Source: Octopus vulgaris (lineage: Eukaryota). From it: DNA of 64,000 nt. A model generated the notes under the pieces. The model ran no database searches and was not told the DNA's origin. It worked only from the letters and a program-made list of their open reading frames with translations. The position numbers were made by a program, and so were the translations under genes. The stretch lies in the NCBI GenBank assembly GCA_951406725.2, contig OX597828.1, positions 37,324,001 through 37,388,000 of the forward strand, in the 5' to 3' direction. Shown piece by piece: positions 55,961 through 64,000 of the stretch. Within the stretch, counting starts at the first letter, position 1. Every line of letters starts with the position of its first letter.

Positions 55961-55965
<5 letters not shown>
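55427..55965 (+). mobile_element. Terminally redundant 497-bp hammerhead-containing unit (retrozyme/pLTR-like)
   Basis: Identical 42-bp direct repeats 55427-55468 and 55924-55965; no meaningful ORF; internal hammerhead. Confidence 0.75.
55661..55724 (+). ncRNA. Type-I hammerhead ribozyme
   Basis: GUUGCA-CUGACGA-ACAUGAAAUGCA(UAUUC)UGCAUUAAAUGC-GAA-AUCACAUGUGAU-A-UGUAAC; 6-bp helix I, 12-nt palindromic helix III; first helix II pair is A-C. Confidence 0.8.
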
Positions 55966-56015
<50 letters not shown>

Positions 56016-56486
56016 GTGTGTGTGTGTGTGTGTGTGGTTGTGTGTGTGTGTGTTTGTACCCCCAACATCACTTGACAACCGATGTGGGTGTGTTTACGTC
56101 CCCGTAACCTAGCGGTTCGGCAAAAGCATATGTAAAGGTTGTCGTCCATTGCCTGTAAAGCCTAATTTCATATTTGATGCTATTTTACACTAAATTTAAT
56201 ATTCTATATTTTACAAGCTATTTATTTTCAACAGATTATTTCTCCAAAGACGACATAATATAGTGAAAATGATGAGAATGATGAAACGATTACTACAGCT
56301 AAAGTCCATTATATAATTTATCAACGGCTGTGCCATACAGATGCAGGTATTGGTGAAGGAACACCATACAAATGCATTACATATAAACACCGGGATTTTC
56401 AAACATGTCATAATAAAAGGGAACGATTCGCGTTCGATTAGTAAAGATAAGTAACATCTTGTTTTGTTTAATATTTCAATGCACAA

Positions 56487-57680
56487 AGGCAGCGAGCTGT
56501 CAGAATTGTTAGCACACCGGGCGAAATGCTTATCGGCATTTCGTCTGTCTTTACGTTCGATAAATTAAGCACCAGTTGCTTACTGGGGTCAATCTGATCG
56601 ACTGGCCCCTTCCCCGAAACTTTCGGGCCTTGTACCTAGAGCAGAAATGAATATTTCAATGGACAAAGGCAGCGAGCTGGCAGAAACGTTAGCATGCCGG
56701 GCGAAATGCTTAGCGGTATTTCGTCTGCGTTACATTGTGAGTTCAAATCCCGCCGAGGTTGACTTTGCCTTTCATCCTTTCGGGGTCGATAAATTAAGTA
56801 CCAGTTACGCACTGGGGTCGATGTCTTAATACCTATGTCTGCCCTTGTTTGTCCCATCTGTGTTTAGCCCCTTGTGGGTAATAAAGAAATAGGTATTTCG
56901 TCTCTCTTTTTGTTCTGAGTTGAAAATCCGCCGAGGTTAACTCCGCCTTTCATCTTTTCGGGGTCGATAAATTAAGTGCCAGTTGCGTACTGGGATCGAT
57001 CTAATCAACTGACCCGCTCCCCCAAAATTTCGAGCCTTGTACGAAGAGTAGAAAAGAATATTTCAATGGACAGAATCGTTAGCACTCCAGCAAAATGCTT
57101 AACGCATTTCGTCCGTCTTCACGTTCTGAGTTCAAATTTCGCCGAAGTCGCCTTTGTGTTTTATCATTTCGCTGTCGATAAAATAAGTACCAGTCAAGTC
57201 GATATAATCGACTTGTCCGAACCCCGAAATTGCTGGCTTCGTACCAAAACCCGAAACCAATATTTTTGCATAGTGGTCAGACGGGGAGCTGGCAGAAATG
57301 TTAGTACGCCGGGCGAAATGTTTGGAGATATTTCGTCTGCCGATACGTTCTGAGTTCAAATTCAGCCGAGGTTGACTTTGCCGTTCATCCTTTCGGGGTC
57401 GATAAATTAAGTACCAGTTATGCACTAACGGTTCTCCCAGCTCGCCGCCTTCTATAGCCGAGGCTATAACGATTCTGCCAACTCGATTCCTTCAGAACAC
57501 ATTACTTTCTACTTTCTTCTTTCTACTAAAGGCACAAGCCCTTAAATTTTTTTGGCACAAGCTCTTAAATTTTTTCGATTCCTTCAGAACACATTACTTT
57601 CTGCTTTTTTCTTTCTGCTATAGGCACAAGCCCTTAAATTTTTAAGGATGGAAGGCAAAGTCGACCACTGCGGAATTTGA
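56487..57680 (+). mobile_element. Array of SINE family A units
   Basis: At least five A cores in tandem, with the linker AATATTTCAATG repeated; reverse-oriented fragments near the right end. Confidence 0.85.
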
Positions 57681-58154
57681 TGTTAAGAACACGTTAAACA
57701 ACCCAAATAGAGTACGTTTAGACAAAATACGGGATAAGCACAGCTGGAACGCGCATGGAGAGAGGATCATCTCATCACAACTGACATAGAGCTACACAAC
57801 AACTGCAAACTAAATCTTTTTTCGTCCGATACGAATCTCGAAAACATAAATTGAATATCAGAAAGTGTTGGGTCTACTCAGGCTTTTCAACATTTTCATT
57901 CTCGCAATAAAGTAAAGAGCTAATGGCGGGAAAGAATTCTCATAAAACTTTTACATGCATCATGTAATTTACGCTAAATATAATTATATAGCTAGCTTTG
58001 AAGAAAATATCATTGAGATGAATACAATCTTGGTAATGAATAGTGTCTTTGTTTGATCGATATGTTTTCATATGAATGTGTTTAAAATATAGCTATTGTA
58101 TTATCGTCTTATAAAACAGCAGCCAATTGCATGAGCAGAAATATAAAAAAACAT

Positions 58155-58204
<50 letters not shown>

Positions 58205-58239
58205 ATGTATGTATGTATATATATATATATATATCAATG

Positions 58240-58305
<66 letters not shown>

Positions 58306-58613
58306 TAAATGTATATAAATTATATGTTTAAATAAGATTGCTTTAGAATTAACACTTAGTAAATAATAAGAAAGGGATAGAAAAATCATTCTTGGTTTGT
58401 TGTGCGTTACTGCAGTTTTATTTATTAATTTATTTGTTGTTTTTTTTAAACACATTCCGGTGGTGAAATAATATAATGAATACGTGTATGTAATTATATA
58501 TGGAGATATATATTACTTATGGTTATACAACTTAATCATTCATACATACGTGTGGGTATCTATATATATATATGTATATGTATATATATATATATGTATA
58601 CATTGGTATATAC

Positions 58614-58645
<32 letters not shown>

Positions 58646-59449
58646 GTATGTATATATATGTATATATATATATAGAGAGAGAGACATGGATGTAAACCTC
58701 TCATTCTTTTTAGCTATATCTATCTTGCTATATATGTGTCTGTGTGTGTGTGTGTGTGTACGTACGTACATATGTAGGTATAAAAATATATATGTATGTA
58801 TATATATATGTGTGTGTGTGTGTATATATAAATATATATATATATATATACATAAACAGAGAGGAGAGAAGTGGAAGGAGAGGAGTGTGAGGAGGCAGTG
58901 ATAGAAAGGGGGAGACAGTGGGAGAGAGGAGGGTACAGCTATGTAATTATATTGATATATGAAGAAGGCAGTGATTTGGTGGATTCTTCAGTGACTAGGA
59001 ATGCCTCACAGTATTCGATCCAAGTGTCTTCGACTCGAGTTCACATCTCACTAAGCTCCACTTTACTGTTCGTCCCTTTGGCGTCAATAATAGATTTTCC
59101 TTTAAAGTGTTGAGCCTTTGTTACCTCGTTAATGTAAACAGCAATTAAAAGAGCAAAGTGATTTGAACAGCGGTGTTTCTACAGCACTTGTGACAATACC
59201 AAGCCTCCTTATCTTTACGTAAGGAATAGTTACAGTGAGGAATGAATGAGCTGCGGTTTTTGTGACGTTCAAAGTTTTACTCAACAACACAACGTTCATG
59301 CCGGAACAGAAACTGTATAAATTTTTTTATATATGTGTATACATACATAATACATACATATATACATACATACATACATACATACATGTATGCATACATA
59401 CATGCATGCATGCATACATACTCCTTCTCACTCTCACACACATATGTAT

Positions 59450-59651
59450 ACTCTTTTTCTCTTTTACTTGTTTCAGTCATGTGACTGTGGCCATGCTGGA
59501 GCACCGCCTTTAGTCGAGGAAATCGACCCCAGGACTTATTCTTTGTAAGCCTAGTACTTATTCTATCGCTCTGTTTTGCCGAACCGCTAAATGACGGGGA
59601 CGTAAACACACCAGCATCAGTTGTCAAGTGATGTTGGGGGTACAAACACAG

Positions 59652-59698
<47 letters not shown>

Positions 59699-59856
59699 TA
59701 CGAGCTTCTTTCAGTTTCCGTCTACCAAATCCACTCACAAGGCTTTGGTCGGCCCGGGGCTATAGTAGAAGACACTTGCCCAAGGTGCCACGCAGTGGGA
59801 CTGAACCCGGAACCATATGGTTGGTAAGCAAGCTACTTACCACACGGCCACTCCTA
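59450..59856 (-). mobile_element. Complete SINE family B
   Basis: Reverse complement of 50175-50565. Confidence 0.92.
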
Positions 59857-59882
59857 TATGTACATATTCTCCTTATTATCAT

Positions 59883-59939
<57 letters not shown>

Positions 59940-60549
59940 TATAGTAATATAAGTGCCTTCGACTCGAGTTCACATCTCACTAACCTTATAATTAAAGGAC
60001 ACAAAGGTAACCATGCCTATACGCTGAAAGTAGATGCTAAACCACTCTAAATCATCACTTTATAATGCACACGTTGAAAACGTGAAAGTAGATGGACAGA
60101 AATTCATAAAATAATTCAGATAGTTTTGGAATGACCAATTTCTGGACCTAAATAGGTCTATTTTATATGCTGGCCACTGATAAAATCTTCAATGATTGTG
60201 TCCTCTAATTGCACTGGACCAAAAAAAGTCGTCTGCTACCCAAGCAAATGGTGACGTATTAAATTCAATCGAGTACGCTGATTCTAAATCTGAACTCAGA
60301 ATTGCTGTCGCACATCAGGATTTTGACTTATACACATAATATCAGGAATAGTTAAGTTCTAGGTAAATAATTGTTATAATAGTATATTAGTTCTGTATAA
60401 ATTATATTTATGTTCAAGGCAAATAGTTTTATAATATAATGGTACATAGTATTTTTTTGTTAAGGGAATACTCACTTTATTTTGGATATGCTCAGCTCAG
60501 AAATGATAGAGACACTCGTACTTGTACTTATGCATCCCGCTGCCCTCCC

Positions 60550-61030
60550 AAGTAGAAACCAGCAGCAGTCACCCATCATGTGTGGATTGAACCAGCCTTG
60601 ATGCTGCATTTTCATCTCAGATATGTCTTGGTGGAACCTCTCACCATGCTCATCACTAACGGCAACAAGATTCGCTGGAAGAAATAAAGGTGAGAATGCA
60701 AGAAGTACGTTTTAAGGGACATTCGGTAACCCGTCCTTTCATACGTTGTTAGCATGTTGTTTATTAAATCAGCCTAGTTTTCAGCCCTATGATTTCCAAG
60801 AAAGTTCTGTTCAACTAATACAAATGAATCCCATGCCGTCAGCTCAACTGGATTCAGTTTACTTCTGAATTTGCTATCAGAAATCAATTCTCTGATCTCG
60901 GGTCCAATGAAAATGCCTGCTTTCAGTTTTGCAGTAGTTTTCTCTGCACAAAATTTTACTTTTAGGTACTGGAAGCCACAACCATCGTGTGTCATTGCTT
61001 TTATGAAGATTATCATGAGGCCGAATTTTG
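60550..61030 (-). pseudogene. DNA transposase C-terminal fragment, Chapaev-3-like (CMC)
   Basis: KLKAGIFIGPEIRELI..AWDSFV..NFLGNHRAEN, then FLHSHL..VSDEHGERFHQDI..HQG..MMGDCCW across frameshifts; family assignment from recalled motifs. Confidence 0.65.
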
Positions 61031-62239
61031 TTCTCTATTGGTAATTCGCCCGTCTTTACGATCTAAGTTCAAATTCTACCAAGATCAAATTTGCCTTTCA
61101 ACCTTTCACGATCAATAAATTAAGTACCAGTCTAGAATTTGGGTCTATGATGTCGACTAGTCCTCACCCCAATATTTCAGTATAATAGAAAGGATTATGA
61201 GAGGAAATATAAAGGTTTTAAGATGTCAGATTATTAGCACAACGGACAAAATGCTTTGCGGCATTTCTTCCAGTTTACCTTCTGAGGCGAAACACCGCCG
61301 AGCCCGACATTGTATTTCTTTCTTTCGGGGTTGATAGCATAAGTACCGCCAAAGTACTGGAGTGAAGGGACTCAACTGACTACAACCAGTGACGCAGCTA
61401 ATAGAGAGCAAGGGCAGAGACCGCCCTCGGATCACACTTCTCAAAAATGGTGCCTACAATTATTTAAAATTCTTTAGTACACTTTTGCGATAAAAGTTAA
61501 ATCTCTGTCTGCTCGAATATCCTGTGATGTGTTGGTCGCTGACCAAAACAAACCCTGACGTCATAACTTCTCAACACAGGACGATCTCATGGATTTTCAC
61601 CATTTTAACGTCACATCTATATCAGCAATCGTGAGTTTCATACATAATAATATTGTTATTGAAACCATGAAATTAATGAATATAGAATACAACTGATGAA
61701 CCATTTTACGTAATATAAGAGAAAATTAATTTAAAAATTGTCTAGTATGTGCCAGGCGCCTTTTATTTTGCGTGTTTGCTTCCCTTAACTTTAGAACCTA
61801 TCCACGCTGCTGGCCCCTACCTCAGAACTTCGGGCTCTGGGTCTATACTAGAAAACAGAAGGAATTATAAGACTAAATGTAAGACTAGTAGGTTGGTACA
61901 ATCATTAGTGCGCCGAGAAAAGTGCGCAGCAATATTTATTCCTAGTCCCTCAACATTCTGCGCTGAAATTCCTCTCCAGTCCACTTTTCCTTTCATCCCT
62001 TTAGATTTGATCAAATATTGTACCTCTCATGTGATGGGGCTCAGTATAATAGACTAACATCTTCTTTGAAATTTCCGACCGTAAGGAGTGATGGCTTCGG
62101 AGAATCAATAGAGCGTTGGACAAAATATCCTGCAGTATTCGTTGTGACTCTTGTTCTATGGTCAAATCCCACCAAATGAAACTAGACTTTTATTCTTCCA
62201 GGGTCCATAAAAGTATCTCACAAAGTATGACTGTACGGT

Positions 62240-62620
62240 TAAGAGGCTCGCTTCGCAACCACACGCTTTCTGGTTCGGTCCGTCCCGACAGCAGCTTCGG
62301 TTAGTGTGTTCTACTAAAGCCATATATATATATATACGGCTTTCCTGATGAGAAATCTGCATAATGTACTCCTTATTCCTTCGGAATTAGGAATATGCAG
62401 CCTTCGAAACATATGTCGAGAATAAAGGATATTTGTTAACTAGTCGTTCAACTCCATTCTTTCATATACTTATATATATATATGTATATATATGTATATA
62501 TATATATGTGTGTGTGTGTACGTGTATGCGTATGTGTGTGTGTATGTATGTCTCTCTTGGTAACCAGTGTTTCTTTACATCCACGTAATCTAGCGGTCCG
62601 GCATAAAGGACCGTAAGGTC
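62240..62620 (+). mobile_element. Degenerate SINE family B split at its TA tract by the hammerhead insert (62337-~62470)
   Basis: Decayed head before TA 62322-62336; second-module remnant (..TTTACATCCACGTAATCTAGCGGTCCGGC) after the TA/TG tract. Confidence 0.6.
62341..62421 (+). ncRNA. Type-I hammerhead ribozyme with long helix II and canonical GUC site
   Basis: UUUC-CUGAUGA-GAA..CUGCAUA..UCCU..UUCC(UUC)GGAA..AGGA..UAUGCAG..UUC-GAA-ACAUAUGU-C-GAGA; predicted cleavage after C62417. Confidence 0.82.
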
Positions 62621-64000
62621 GTTATGATCGTTTGATCCTTTCGCATTGAGTTTCTAACCCTTTACCGATGTCAGAAATAATTGTTAGATTAAAAGTAGTT
62701 TATTAACAACGGAAAATGGAATGTTGGTCACATGATCTGCACGCGTCATCGTTGCATCTTATTCTTTCCTTAACGATACGAGTTTCAAAAACAAAACGAA
62801 AAAAGGCAAGAAGACTTTGTCCTTTCTTGGAGAATGAAAAGCAAATTCGAACACAGCACAAATCAACTTTTATCCTGACACCTTCCTAGATCGATAAAAC
62901 AATATACCTGTAATGCATTGCGGTTGTGGGTATAATCGCCTTTCCCTTCTACACAAATATTTGGCTTTCTGCTTATTTTATAATTCATTATTTTCTAAAT
63001 ATGGAAAAAAAAAAGAAATTATCGAAAGATGTTTCCTCTCAGGAATTGCAATTAATTTCAAACGATTTCTCAAAAAATAAAACAAATACAAATAAATCAA
63101 TAAAATAGAAAAAAAAAGAAGCCACTTTCATAACGCAAACTGTTTCCAGATAAATGACTCTGCAGTAAACGAAACCAATATTTGGTTCTCTCTTTTCTCA
63201 TTGTTTTCTTTTCCCTTTATGTTTTTCTGTTCGAAGATGGCTGCTCGCTAAATCTCTGATCTTCCATAATTCTTTGGCCGAGTTTTAATTATCTGATGAG
63301 CTACTGTGCCAAATAATCCTAAAATAATCGAGGCGGTTGATCAATATGTTTGTTTGACTTCATAAGAGCATCCTTCATACACACAAACAATCTTTTTTGT
63401 TCTGCCAAAAAGACAAATTTTGTTCTTTTTCTTTGTTTTTTTTTCTTTCGTTCCACGGAGTAGAATAAATAAAAGAGAAATAAACAAAACTAAAAATAAA
63501 ATCACTGTTGTTAGTATTGACAATAGAAAAAACTGTTGTCATATGACACATTCATTCGATTTTGTAATATCTCTTAAAATTCCTTTCACCGTAACTGATG
63601 TAGGATTGGTCGAATACGTTGCGCGTTGGACAAAATGCTTGGTAGTATCTCTTCCAGCTTTTAACGTTCTGAAACCAAATATCTCCGAAGTTGACTTTCG
63701 GGATCGATAAAATAAGTACCAATGGAGCTCTGGATTTGGTGTAATCGACTTAACCAGTCCTTCGAAATCAGAGGTCTTGTTCCTAAAGTAGAAAACGTTA
63801 TTTTGGAACATAAATGAGGTGGGCTGAGAAGAATCTTTGACGAGTCGGTAAAATATTCTACAGCATTCGTTCTGAATTTTTTCAGTCTGAGTTCAAATTC
63901 TGCCGCGGTCAACTTTGTCTTCTATCTTTTCGAGTCGTCCATCCAGAGAACTCGGAAGAAATACCGTAAAGCTAGCAGTGTTGTGGGGAGGCGGTTAATC

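Larger units (their letters stand above)
55237..56130 (+). mobile_element. SINE family B split at its TA tract by a hammerhead-bearing insert
   Basis: Head 55237-55398, TA tract, insert 55427-55965, TA/TG tract, second module 56050-56130. Confidence 0.85.

Noticed and set aside
56487-57680. Repeat-spacer-like periodicity
   Set aside because: Tandem SINE-A units of variable length in a eukaryotic context; not a CRISPR array.

Overview
AT-rich, microsatellite-dense eukaryotic DNA, probably intergenic or intronic. The SINE families and repeat landscape suggest an octopus/coleoid cephalopod genome (inferred from recall, no search run). I found no host protein-coding exon; almost all listed ORFs are translations of simple repeats. 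The real coding remnants are all transposon-derived: a near full-length but disrupted Tx1/L1-clade LINE (19.46-24.54 kb, minus), a 5'-truncated CR1-group LINE with an open 647-codon RT frame (47.7-49.7 kb), a decayed mariner, a Chapaev-3-like transposase fragment and a decayed Penelope-like element. There are also three MITEs and dozens of copies of three tRNA-derived SINE families (called A, B, C here). The most notable hidden layer is a set of at least 8 type-I hammerhead ribozyme motifs with palindromic helix III, several sitting in small modules inserted in the internal (TA)n tract of SINE-B. One is a terminally redundant 497-bp retrozyme-like unit and one is a perfect 160-bp palindrome carrying a hammerhead on each strand. 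Also notable: the Tx1 LINE shares its 3' tail and a terminal stem-loop with SINE-A (a candidate stringent LINE-SINE pair), and there is a dense homeodomain-site cluster at 5.43-5.74 kb.
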